Shown here: positions 13,372 through 25,936 of the stretch, piece after piece
How the letters are laid out: the number at the start of each line of letters is the position of its first letter
Position numbering within the stretch: the stretch's first letter is position 1
Notes under the pieces: generated by a model
Told to the model about the DNA's origin: nothing
Seen by the model: only the letters and a program-made list of their open reading frames with translations
The model's database searches: none
From: Octopus bimaculoides
Lineage: Eukaryota
NCBI RefSeq assembly: GCF_001194135.2
Contig: NC_068988.1
Location: 14,700,226 to 14,764,225, forward strand
Direction: 5' to 3'
DNA: 64,000 nt
Translations under genes and position numbers: made by a program

Positions 13372-13745
13372 CAAGATCAACAGCTGCCCAAAAATACCAC
13401 CAAGGTACTACCTCCCAATGCAACAAGACACAGTTGCTAAAATAATATACAATGCCATCTGCAAAAAAGTCTATCCAGAGATAAATAAAGAGAACCTGCT
13501 ATTATTAAATGTAGACATAAACATCCACACAAGGAACACTGGTGGAACATTCCCATGACAACTGCCATGAGCAAACATAACAGTCCAGATATAGTTCTTT
13601 GGGATAGACAAGAAAAAGTCGGTACCATCATAAATATCAGTGGTCCTGCTGATGAGAATATTCTTTTGAAAAATCAAAATAGAGATTAACTATGGGCAAG
13701 TGTTTCAAAGCTTCTAGCTTCTATACACAAATTATAAATTCATTG
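13372..13745 (+). mobile_element. RLE-type non-LTR retrotransposon remnant (R4/Dong or NeSL-like): zinc knuckle plus restriction-like endonuclease
   Basis: INSCPKIPPRYYLPMQQDTVAKIIYNAI is followed, after a frameshift, by EHWWNIPMTTAMSKHNSPDIVLWDRQEK...ISGPADENI. These are degenerate CCHC and PD-(D/E)xK-type motifs. Confidence 0.7.
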
Positions 13746-13759
13746 TAAAAAGCACCATT

Positions 13760-13985
13760 CAAGAGTGGTCGATGCCAGTGCCACCTGACTGGCTCCTGTA
13801 CTGGTGGCACATAAAAAGCACCCACTACATTCTCGGAGTGGTTGACATTAGGAAGGGCATCCAGCTGTAGAAATCTTGCCAGATCAGATTGGAGCCTGAT
13901 GCAGCCTCCCAGCTTGCCAGTCCTCAACCAGACTATCCAACCCATGCCAGCATGGAAAGCGGATGTTAAACGATGATGATGATGA
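13760..13985 (+). mobile_element. Short repeat sharing the RTE 3' tail
   Basis: ggaagggcatccagctgtagaaa...ccaacccatgccagcatggaaagcggatgttaaacgatgatgat matches the 3' UTR of the RTE at 28560-28730. Many other copies occur, e.g. about 8020-8150, 12470-12640, 23030-23260, 33915-34200, 41320-41510, 46730-46920 and 48385-48560. Confidence 0.8.
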
Positions 13986-14853
13986 ATAATTGGGGCACAT
14001 GATTTTGTGAGCAAATGCCTAAGTGACAATCTGGATAAGCTGGAGTTTTCAGAAAAGGAAATTAAAACAGCTAATTTGTACATTACAAATACAATCTGTA
14101 AGTGGAACAGTAAAAAGATGCAAGACTTTTCTCAAGTCCAAAAGATGAATTTGTTTCTGTTATGTACACATCAATGATGGAACTTTATATCTTTTTAAGA
14201 GATGAGCTCCTCCTTTGCTAGAAGATTTCATCATGATCACCATCATTGCTTTAACACCAACTTTTCTATGCTTGCAGGGTCGCTTTCAAATAATCGAAAA
14301 TAGAAGAGAATGGACAAGCATGCACACATGCATATGTACACTCACACATATACATACATACAAGTGCAGAGAAAGAACAGTTGCGCTCAATCTAAATCCA
14401 CTTTGCCTACCTCTGTTCTGTACACCACAGGAATCTAGAAGCATATAGAAACAGACTGTACAATATAGACAGTACATGTCCAGACAATGATACTGTACCA
14501 TAGTACCCGAACAATTCATTACTGCACGTTAGAGGACACAGTATAATCCTCAGCTATGTTGCAACATGGCATATCTGGTACAATAGTGGGTCAATCTTAG
14601 CCATTCAGTCAATTACCTGTGTGTCATAAGTCAGTTTGACCAGAGTCTAACCTGGGGCTAACTGTAATACAATCCTCTTTCAAAAAGAGAATGGTTGCAA
14701 TATTTCCTATCTCTCTCTCTCTCTCTTTATAACACTTGTAGTTTGTTTCCAATTAATTGAATATTTCCCTTTACTTTTCATTCAACTGAGAAAATTGCAC
14801 AACCCCTTTAAATCAATGCAATCTGAAATTTGTTCATAGAAAAACATACTTAC

Positions 14854-14928
14854 CCCTCTTGTATACAATTGCTAACATTTTTTGCTAGTTTGGTGAGTAA
14901 TTTGCTATAATTTTCTTCTACAGAGCAG
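14854..14928 (-). CDS. FCHO2: FCHO-like coding exon 3 (CSVEENYSKLLTKLAKNVSNCIQE-G)
   Basis: ttattttgcag|C TGC...GAG GG|gtaagtatg, 75 nt, phase 2 to 2. It matches the FCH-domain pattern EExYSxxxxKLAK. Confidence 0.93.
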
Positions 14929-16019
14929 CTGCAAAATAACAAAAGAAATAGTAATCATAATCAAAGCATTAACAGAACAAATAACTGAATAAAATAATAA
15001 AGAAAAGAAAATAGAATTTTTAATTGTTTTTCCCATGTTTCCACAAAGAAGAAAGGATGTGCACTCTTGCGAGGTCAAAGAACTATTTCACATTTTCCAA
15101 CCAATTAGACTATTATGAGATGCACGAGATGTATTGGAATAGCTAATATTATAAGTAGTTTTTAACTGAAGAACAAACTGCTTAGATAAAAAAATTCTAT
15201 TATCTAGGTGACCTAATTTATACTTAAAATGAACTGGTGATAACACTGTGGCATAGGTTAAAAACATTTGGAGAACATTGCTTTTCTTAGTTAACAACAA
15301 AGAACTTCACTTTCTGTATACATGAGCAAATCGTTTGAGGTATAATTAGATGAGTGAATATTGTGAGTTTAATTCGATGAATGAATGAAGCTGTCAATGC
15401 ACAGAATCGCAATCTTTAGAAGTCTACTTGATGTTCACCACAAGTGAATTTTATAAAATAACACCAAAAGGGGCTGAATATTTATGAGGCAGACGTTCTA
15501 TGCTGATATGAATATATAAATAGGTGATAAATATAAGCTGAAAAAAAAAAGAGAGAGCTTAGTTGAGATAAATTAAAAATGTCCACAGCCCTGTGAGTGG
15601 ATTTGGTAAATGGAAAACTTAAAATAAGCTTTTCATGTGTGTGTGTGTGTGTGTGTGATAGGTGTGAGTGTCACTGTAATGCAAGTGGTGTTCTTCATTC
15701 CAAATCATGTCTAGTCATGGGGAAATATCTTACTTGGAAACAGGTGAAGGTTGGTGACAGGAAAGACCTCCAGCTGTCAAAAATCTACCTCAACGAATTC
15801 CATCCAACCCATGTGAACATGGAAAAGTAGACATTAAAACAATGATGATGATGATGGTGGTGGTGGTGGTGGTGGTGGTAACCACATATGTTTATAAACC
15901 ACTCATTCCAGATTCCATGCAAGCTTGAAATATTTCAGATTATTTTAAAGTTAATGAAAAGCTCTAGTAATACACCTAAATTTTCATTTATACCATATTC
16001 ACCGATGCCAAGTTCTTAA

Positions 16020-16560
16020 GTGTGAGTGTAATAACATGTATATATGAGTGTGAGAATGTGTATATATGAGTGTGAGAATGTGTATATGAGTGCAAGAATG
16101 TGTATATATGAGTGCGAGAACGTGTATATATGAGTGTTGGAACGTGTATATATGAGTGTGAGAACATGTATATATGAGTGTGAGAACATGCATATATGAG
16201 TGTGAGAACGTGTATATATGAGTGTGAGAACGTGTATATATGAGTGCAAGAACATGTATATGAGTGTGAGAATGTGTATATATGAGTGTGAGAACGTGTA
16301 TTTATGGGTGTGAGAACATGTATATATGAGCGTGAGAACGTGTATATATGAGCGTGAGAACGTGTATATGTGAGTGTGAGAATGTGTATATATGAGTGTG
16401 AGAACCCGTATATGAGTGTGATGAGTGAAAGAATGTGTATATGAGTATGAGAGTGTGTATAAAAGTGTGACATGAGTATATATGTTAGTTGACAACATGT
16501 GCATGTATGTTAGTGTGATATCATGTATATATGAATGAGAACATATATATATATATGAGT
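16020..16560. repeat. Minisatellite of 20-22 bp (TATATATGAGTGTGAGAA(C/T)GTG)
   Basis: Tandem units are visible directly and decay toward 16560. This array is the source of the HSHTHIY-type spurious ORFs. Confidence 0.92.
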
Positions 16561-18118
16561 GTGAGCACATACGTACACAAGGGTGAGAACCAGCATTGTN
16601 NNNNNNNNNNNNNNNNNNNNNNNNNNNNNNNNNNNNNNNNNNNNNNNNNNNNNNNNNNNNNNNNNNNNNNNNNNNNNNNNNNNNNNNNNNNNNNNNNNNN
16701 NNNNNNNNNNNNNNNNNNNNNNNNNNNNNNNNNNNNNNNNNNNNNNNNNNNNNNNNNNNNNNNNNNNNNNNNNNNNNNNNNNNNNNNNNNNGTATATATA
16801 TATGAGAACATATGTATGTGTGTGTGAACAAGTATGAACAAGTAAACTCACACACACACACACACATCAGGCCACATTATCTAACAAAGTAGAAACTACA
16901 TGAACTACATAGAGTTTCTGTCATTATGTTCTGCAATTTAATGAGAGGAAAACAAGATCATGTTGCTATACGATAAGTGTCAAAAACCTTCTCATGTTCA
17001 CAGCATCTTGGTCCTACCTCATCTCAACAGTTACCAGGTTCTCACTGTAACCTACCTATAATATCTTGTTTTAGTTTCATGGTTTATAATTAGATTGCGG
17101 GATGGCTCTTTTATCAGTTCAGCTTTGTCGATAATACTAAATTAAGGACTACTACAACAGTTACATATTGTACAGCTTTGGTGATTGATGGCGGTGGTGG
17201 TGGTGGTGGTAATGATCATGATGGGGGTAGTGATAAAGGTGATGGTCAAGGTGGTTATGATGATGATGGTGATGACCATGATCACGATAGTAGAACCAAA
17301 ATCATAGTAAGAGACAACAGCATGAATAAAGAGAATACAAGTAACAAAAGCAGGAAGAGATAGTTAAAAAAAATAATAAAATTTTTTAATTAAAAAAATT
17401 ATAAATTAAAAAAATTAAAATAAAATAAAAAATAATAAATTATAACAATGTATAAGTTTGGTGGCAACAGCTGTTATGATAGGGATTTGGGTGAGCATTA
17501 TCACTCCTCAGATTTCCTCGCTCCCAACATAATGTTGATTATTAATTAAGAAGTGCAGGGCATGGCTGTGAGGTTAAAAAGCTGACCTTGCAACCTCGTG
17601 ATTTGGGGTTCAATTTTACTGTGCAGCACTTTGCAAAAGTGTCTTCTACTACAGCCCTGGGCCAACCAATGCTTTGTGAGTGAATGTGTGGAAACTGTGA
17701 GGAAGCCCATCATATGTATATATGTGTGTGTGTGTTTGTCCCTATCACTGCTTGACAAATGGTGTTGGTTTGTTTATGTCCCTGTAATTTAGCAGTTCAG
17801 TAAAAAAAAATAATTAAACAGGATAAGTATCAAACTTTACAAAATAAGTGCTGGAGTTGATTCGTTCGACTAAATCCTTCAAGATGAGGCACCAGCATGG
17901 CCACAATCCAATGACTAAAACAAGCAAAAGATAACTTGCAATATTTATACCAGTAATTCAAGGCAACAAGCTGGCAGAATCATTACTGTGCCGGAGATAA
18001 TGCTTGGCAGCAATTCTTCCATGTCTACATTCTGAGTTCAAATACTGCCAGGGGTTGACTTTGTGTTTCATCCTTTCAGGGTTGATAGAAAAAATATCAG
18101 TTGAACAGTGGGATCAAT

Positions 18119-18418
18119 GCAATTGACTCCCCCCACCGAAATTGCAATTGACTGCAACAGACTCCCCCGACGAAATTGCAAATGACCGCAATTGACTCCT
18201 CCACCAAAATTGCAATTGACTCGCCTGCTGAAATTACAATTGACTCTTCTGCCAAAATTGCAAATGATTACAATTGACTCCATCACCAAAATTGCAATTG
18301 ACTGCAACTGACACCCCCGCCGAAATTGCAATTGACTCCTCTGCCAAAATTGCAAATGATTACAATTGACTCCGCCACCAAAATTGCAAATGACTGCAAT
18401 TGACTCCTCCCTCGAAAT
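18119..18418. repeat. Variable-unit minisatellite (AATTGACTCC...AAATTGC) inside a SINE
   Basis: About 10 imperfect units of roughly 24-44 bp lie between the SINE's ...GATCAATGC and CTGGCCTTGTGCCAAAA segments. Confidence 0.9.
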
Positions 18419-19878
18419 CGCTGGCCTTGTGCCAAAATCTGAACCCAATATTTATATCAGTAGTAGTTACGAGTGGGTTAAATCATTAATATTGAAGTGA
18501 AACCTTGATGGAATAATAAGGAATTTGCCAACGAGTGTACAAGAGAGAAAGATATTAAATAGATAGGCAGTCGAGGAAGGTGCTGCAGAGAGAGAAAGAG
18601 AGAGAGGGATGGGGGAGAAAAGAAGAGAAAATGAAAACGTGTGACTGAAGCTCAGTAACAAAATAGACATTGGAAGTGTGATAACGGAGGAAATAATTAA
18701 ATACGTGGAATGATTGAAAGGCCAGGAAAAAGATCGTTAAAGATATCATTCCTCTTGATATATTGAGGCAGTCGAAGTAGCAATACTGGTTGGTTGTAAA
18801 CATGATGAGTTCTGAGAAGAAGTAAAGATGAAGGATGGTTGTAAACAGAATGGATGCTAAGAAGATTAAGTTTAATTGGTCGGGTAAGTAACTGCAGTTA
18901 GCTCTGATAAAGCAGACAGTCTTAAATAGATGTGGCAGATGATGATCTAGAGGAAGACTATAAATTCCAAGTGAATATTGGAAAAGGTGGGAAAGAATAT
19001 AATCCAAAAAATGAAGAAAGTTAATGTAATTAAGATATTATATTTTGAATGAAGCCACAAAAACAGATATTTCAGACATTTAAAAGTTCTTTAAAAGGTA
19101 GACATTAATTATAAACTTATTCAAAGTTAAATGAGACACTCCTATGAAGAAGAGTTGCGATGTTCATGTACTTTTAAATATAAATTGTAGGCACAGCCTT
19201 GGCAAGTATCTATGAACTTTGCCTTGGGACTATGTGAATTCAGGATCAATCTCATGGTATGGCGGTACAGTCTTCAACTATAACCTTTCTTTGATCAATA
19301 CCCTGTGATAGAAACTTGGTAGATGTAAACTGGACAGAAACCTATCTTGTGTGTGCGTGCGTGTGTGTGTGTGTGTGTTTGTGTTTGTCACTATATACTC
19401 ACACTAATGTGAAGACATGTGGCTTAGTGGTAAGGGTATTTGGCTCATAATTGTAAGGTCATGAGTTCAATACCTGGTGGAAGCACATTCTATCCTTGAG
19501 CAAGACACTTTATTTCACATTGCTCCATTCCACTCAACTGGCAAAAATGAGTAGTACCTGTATTTCAAAGGGCCAGCTTTGTCACATTCTGTGTCATGCT
19601 GAATCTCCCTGAGAACTACAATAAGGGTTTCACAAGTCTGTGGAATGCTCAGCCACTTGTACATTAACTTCACAAGCAGGCTGTACCTTTGATTAGGTCA
19701 CCTGGAAAACCTCATCACCGTGACTGACAGAGAGTCAGTTGTTACTCCCTGGTGCTATTTGGGAATTGATGACATTTATTTATGTTCTGCAGTTCAGCAA
19801 TTCAAAGAGTAAAGACCAGCAGAATAAAGCATCTCAATAGAGAAACAAGGGCACCCAACCATAAAATGCTGCCCCAAG

Positions 19879-20144
19879 AAGTCAGAGCTAAACCAAGTCA
19901 GAGCTAAACCAAGTCAGAGCTAAACCAAGTCAGAGCTAAACCAAGTCAGAGCTAAACCAAGTCAGAGCTAAACCAAGTCAGAGCTAAACCAAGTCAGAGC
20001 TAAACCAAGTCAGAGCTAAACCAAGTCAGAGCTAAACCAAGTCAGAGCTAAACCAAGTCAGAGCTAAACCAAGTCAGAGCTAAACCAAGTCAGAGCTAAA
20101 CCAAGTCAGAGCTAAACCAAGTCAGAGCGAAACCAAGTCATAGC
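19879..20144. repeat. 16-bp minisatellite (AAGTCAGAGCTAAACC) x16 plus a partial copy
   Basis: Counted directly: 15 perfect units, one unit with a single substitution, then a partial unit. Confidence 0.97.
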
Positions 20145-20911
20145 ATGAGAGAGGTAAACGTGATGACGGTGGTGATGGTGGCTGTAATACTTTTACTTGT
20201 TTCAGTCATTTAACTGCGGCCATGCAGTAGCACCACCTTTAGTCGAACTAATCAACCCCAGGACTTATTCTTTGTAAGCCTAGTACTTATTCTATCAGTT
20301 TCTTTTGCCAAACCGCTAAGTTACAGAGACGTAAACACACCAACATTGGTTGTCAAGTGATGGGGGGGGGGGGACAAACAGAGACATACAAACATATACA
20401 TATACATATACAACAGGCTTCTTTCAGTTTCTGTCTACCAAATCCACTCAAGGCTTTGGTCAGCCCAAAGCTATAGTAGAAGACACTTGCCCAAGTTGCC
20501 ATGCAGTTGGATTGAACCCGGAGGCATGTGGCTGGGGAGCAAGCTTTTTACCACATAGCCACGCCTGCACCTATGATGATGATATCAATATGTGGTTTGG
20601 AGAGACAGTAGAAAATTCTCATTTGCAATTATTTTAATCTATGAGGCCTAAATCTATTTAGAAGGCTTCTATGGGAAATAACATACATCATTGCCAAGAC
20701 GGTAACACAATTAAATCTAAAGACTTAGTCTTTGGTAAAGTGACTGCCAATAATGGGATGTGATAGGTATGACTGTGTGGTTGGGAATTTTACTCCCCAA
20801 CCACATAGTCTTGGGTTCAATTCCACTGCATGACACCTTGGACAAGTATCTTCTACTAAAGCCCAGGGTTGGCCAAAAGCTGGTGAGTCGATTTGGTAGA
20901 CAGAAATTGCA

Positions 20912-20983
<72 letters not shown>

Positions 20984-22390
20984 CATTGCCTTGACATACA
21001 GTAGTTGTAAATAAGTGACATTGTCATACACACAGATTTATCCATCTCTAATATTCTGCAAAAACATGTCTGGTCATGGGAAAATATCATCTTGCTTGGA
21101 AAACAGATGAAGGTTAGTGACAGGAAGGGCATACAGAAAAGGGCATATCGAAAAATCTGCCTCAATAAACTCCATCCAACCTATGCAAGCATAGGAAAGT
21201 GGATGTTAAAATGATGACATCAATATAACTAAGTATTTTAGTTTAATTTCTAATAAAAACATTTAACTTTGCTGCCTTCAAACCAGCCTAATTTGGCCAC
21301 TCTAAAAGACAGTGCCATTTGTTCAAATTGGTCTATCCACAGACAAGATAACTCATCAGCCTCACCAAATTACACAGGAAGTTAGAATTTTATTAGTTTT
21401 ATCACCCTTTTTTTAAAATAAATACAATAACATGTCTATTACCTTTAATATAAAAATGTTAAAAAAAACTGAAAAGAAATATAAATTTCACATTAAATCA
21501 GAGAAATTTAATTCTGACACAAACCTCAATTTTATAGGAGGAAACATGAGTTTGTATGATATTCGTAGTTTTCTGCAAGAGTATTAGTGACATGTACGAA
21601 ATGAAATGGTTTCATGGGAAGAATCAAAATTAAGCAATGGATTTGGCTTGTCCTGAATTCATATCTACTAAAGTGTCACTAGTCTCATTTAGAAAAATAT
21701 AATTGAGCCAACAAGAGAGCCTCTATGACTTCACTTAACCTACTAAAAGTAGCAGCCAAAACCTCCCTGAAATCATATTCTGTCTTAAAGAAAAAGAGTG
21801 ACTTGGATAATATAGTCCTATACATACATCTGAAAAGAAAATGAGATGATCATAGCTGGAATGCATTTGATCAAAGGTCAGCTTGATCAAGCTTGACCTG
21901 GGCTTAAGAATATTACAATTTTGTGCCTTGTTATATGATTGGTCTGAGTACTGAGAAAAAAAATAGATACCTTATAAATGTATGTTCTTAACACTTTATT
22001 TTTCAACATATGTATGTATGTATATGACAGGCTTCTTTCAGTTTCCATTTACCAAATCCACTCAAAAGGCTTTGGTCAGCCCGAAGTTATGGTAGAATAC
22101 ACTTGCCCAATGTTACACACAGTGGGACTGAACTCATAACCATGTGGTTAGGAAACAAGCTACTTACCACACAACCACTCCTAAACATTCTAACAACTTT
22201 GCCACCATACTACTTTCTACTATTCAGAAATATCATAGAGAGAAAGAATAGAAAAAAAAAAAAAGATGCTTTTTATGATATTTCAGTCTATAATGTTTTT
22301 ACCAATATATTTAAATCTGTTAACTCATTTGATAAATTTGTCTGTTACCAACATATATATATACATATATATATTTATAATTCTCCCCCT

Positions 22391-22447
<57 letters not shown>

Positions 22448-23043
22448 CATGTATATGTATACATAATCTAATATATGTATAATATATGTGTGTATGTATA
22501 TATATATGTATGCGTATATGAACATACATACAGTGATACATAATGGTTAATGATATCTTACCAGTATGAAGCTAATATACATGAATGACGCTTACAAACT
22601 TAAAATCTTTCCTTTCTCTCTATGGTGCCCATATATGCACTAAAACCAATTGTGATTTTCTATCTATTAAATGGGTAGTCTTTATTGATCTAAAACCTAC
22701 AAGAAAAAAAAAGCTAACAAAATGTAAACTGTTACCATTATATCTTCATGAATATCTTTGACAAGAACAACATTTTATGGAAAGAATTCTGTGTAGAACA
22801 TAGTATTTTCTTAATGGTTTCAAATATTGGACTGTGGCTAGGCTGGGGCATAGCATTTAAAGGTTTTAGTCAACACCCACCCCCAGGATTTAGTCCGGTA
22901 CTTGTTTTATCATTTTTTTTTTTCTGTTTATCATAAATTTAACTGAATTATGTTACAAGAAAAGTAACTTTCTTTTATGGACAAAATACAACATACTGTA
23001 CACCCGTATATACAAACACACACACACATACATATATCATCAT

Positions 23044-23082
<39 letters not shown>

Positions 23083-24621
23083 ACGTCTGCCTTCCATGCT
23101 GACATGGGTTGGATGGTTTGACAGAAGCTGGCCAGACAGAAAACTGCACCGGACTTCTGTGTCTATTTTGGCACAGTTTTTACAGCTGGATGCCCTTCCT
23201 AACACCAACTACCCCGTAGAGTGGACTGAGTGCTTTTTATGTGGCACCAGCATAGGTGAGGATCATAATCATCATTTAACATCTGCCTTCCAATATATAA
23301 ATATATATATATATATATACACATGCTCTCTTTTATTTTTAATAATTTAAAGTCTTTCTGTAAGGAGGGAGCTAGTTTCTAATAAAAACACAAAGCTTTG
23401 TCATTGTAATACAGAAAACAAAACCACATTCATGTACACACTGGTGGTGCCCAAGCATGGCCACAACCTTAGGGCTGAAACATATAAAAGAATAAATACG
23501 TACGTACGTATGTATGTATGTACAAGTAAACTTCTTAAACCACACAGCTAAACCCAATATTCCATAAGGAAATAATTGGTCGGCTCAACCACTAATTTTG
23601 ATCAGACAACTACAGTAGTTATGAGACTGGATGGATGAAGAGGTTGACTTTAATACTCCCACATTAAATAAATAAATATAAAAACAAATCTCTCGTCCAG
23701 GAAATGAAGTTTACAAATTTATAATCTTTATTACTATCATCAAGCACACTTTTATGTCCAGTTTCTTCCTTACAATCATCAATAGGTAGAGAGATTCGCA
23801 ATGCTGCCCTCTTAAACTCTCTGTATCTTGGAACATTTCTTCTTCAATAAAACTTAGCATCTATTGATCAAATCTACTTAACACCAAGTTTCTTTCTAGC
23901 AACCAAACAACAACACTTTTTCATCTAACTTTATCTATTCCCATCACATGTCCATCTCATTATAACATTTCAACCAATGTCATTAAAGACAGTCAAATCT
24001 CATTACACATCAAGAGTGTTCTACATATAAAAGCTAGTTGCTGTTGTTTAACCTTGGGTCAGCCCTGGTCAAATAAGACCAATGATCAGAGATGTTCTAG
24101 CCATGACCATCATTTGATGTGCATGCTCTACACTGGCATGGGTTGGACAGTTCAACAGTATCTGACTAGTCTGAGAACTCTGTGTATGTGAGTGTGTGTG
24201 TGTGCATGCGCTCACACACACACAAACAAACACATCAAAAGTAAATAGACCCCACAAAATTTGAAAGATTTCAATAAACAAAATAAAGTCATCTGAAATA
24301 CTTAATCTTGTGTTTGGTAGACATACCTTGCACTGTATTTAATGATTTAATTCATTTGGGTATCATACTAATGAGCAATGTCCACACAGATAACACACTA
24401 TAATGAGAGGTGTCTATTTACTGTTGAGATTGTGTATGTGTGTGTACACACACACACACACACACACAAGAAATAGAAATTTCTGAGTACTGTAGTCTAT
24501 ATTTGAAAAAGAGAATTATTTTCCACTTTAATGATCAGATACAACTTGTAAACATCTAATCATTAAAGTGGAAAATAATTATCAGAAAAAAGTCATTTTT
24601 ATTCATTTCCTTATATGTATG

Positions 24622-24667
<46 letters not shown>

Positions 24668-25533
24668 GATATTTAGAAAATAAAATAAATAGGTGCAGAT
24701 ATGACTGGGGTGCTTAAAAAGTTTACTTCACAACAACGAGAAGCGTGTCATATGTTTGTGCACGCGTGTATGTGTGTGTACTTATGTTTAAATCATTGAA
24801 ACAAAAGAAAAGTGTTATGTCTCTTTGCATCCTGTAACCTAGCAGCTTGACAAACAGAAATCAATAAAATTACTAGACTGAAATATATATACTAGATTCA
24901 ATAATGATCACAAAACTTTCGAATGGAGTACCCCAGCATGGCCACAGTCAAATGACAGTAAATGAGTAACAATAAATATTTTCTTATTTTTTCAGCATTT
25001 TTGAGTGAAAGCCAAACAGCCAGACATTCCATCATCAAAAGCACCTGTCAATATATGATCCATATCATTGATTTCAAAAGGTGAGAGAAAAGAGAATGTA
25101 GCATTCATAACTTTTCAAAAGGAAATATCAGAGCAAATGAAGTAGTTACAAGGAATCAAAGCCAGAGTTACAGACTTGGTTCACTAAGAGCAAACCAATG
25201 CCACCAAAGAACTTATGAGGCTTAATATTAATAAACAGAAGTTTTATTACCTACTAGCTTTAGCCAATTTGTAATCATATTTCTGTGGAAATACATAGTC
25301 GTTCTTTCAGTTAATTTAAAAAATAATGAAGCATTTCGTAAAATAGCATTGTCATTATTAACCCTTTAGAATTTAATCTGGCCTTATCCAGCCCAAATGT
25401 TCTACCTGTTTTATGCTAAAACTGACCAGAGCCAAGCTACGACACCTACTCTGCAATGTCATTCTAAAAATATACAAACACACCATTGAAATCTTGAAGC
25501 TACAAAATAATGTGTGATTAATTCAAAACAAAT

Positions 25534-25936
25534 GCATAGGAGTGGCTGTGTGGTAAATAGCTTGCTTACGAACCACATGGTTCCGGGTTCAGTCCCACTG
25601 CGTGGCACCTTAGGCAAGTGTCTTCTACTATAGCCTCGGGCCGACCAAAACCTTGTGAGTGGATTTGGTAGATGGAAACTGAAAGAAGCCCGTCGTATAT
25701 ATGTATATATGTATGTGTGTATATGTAGTGTATCTGTGTTTGTCCCCCCCAACATCGCTTGACAACTGATGCTGGTGTGTTTACGTCCCCGTAACTTAGC
25801 GGTTCAGCAACAGACGCCAATAAAATAAGTACTAGGCTTACAAAGAATAAGTCCTTAGGTCGATTTGCTCAACTAAAAGTGGTGCTCCAGCATGGCCACA
25901 GTCAAATGACAGAAACAAGTAAAAGAGTAAAAGAGA
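25534..25936 (+). mobile_element. Full-length tRNA-like SINE with internal microsatellite (most abundant family here)
   Basis: Head GTGGCTGTGTGG...GGTTCAGTCCC, internal (TA/TG)n and tail AAAAGAGT repeats. Many copies occur, e.g. about 17555-17935(+), 20160-20570(-), 33340-33760(-), 49350-49650(-), 53590-53920(-) and 60250-60760(+). Confidence 0.85.

Noticed and set aside
17170-17363. Gly/Asp-rich ORF
   Set aside because: It is the product of a (GGT/GAT)n trinucleotide tract.
19879-20144. CRISPR-like appearance of regular repeats
   Set aside because: There are no spacers, the context is eukaryotic and the array is a plain tandem repeat.
25251-25282. 32-nt AG...GT-bounded segment in intron 2 reading KYDYKLAKAS in one frame
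   Set aside because: The KLAK resemblance is in the wrong frame for the phase-2 intron and 32 nt would shift the frame. The true exon 3 is at 14854-14928. It could only be a poison exon, and there is no evidence for that.
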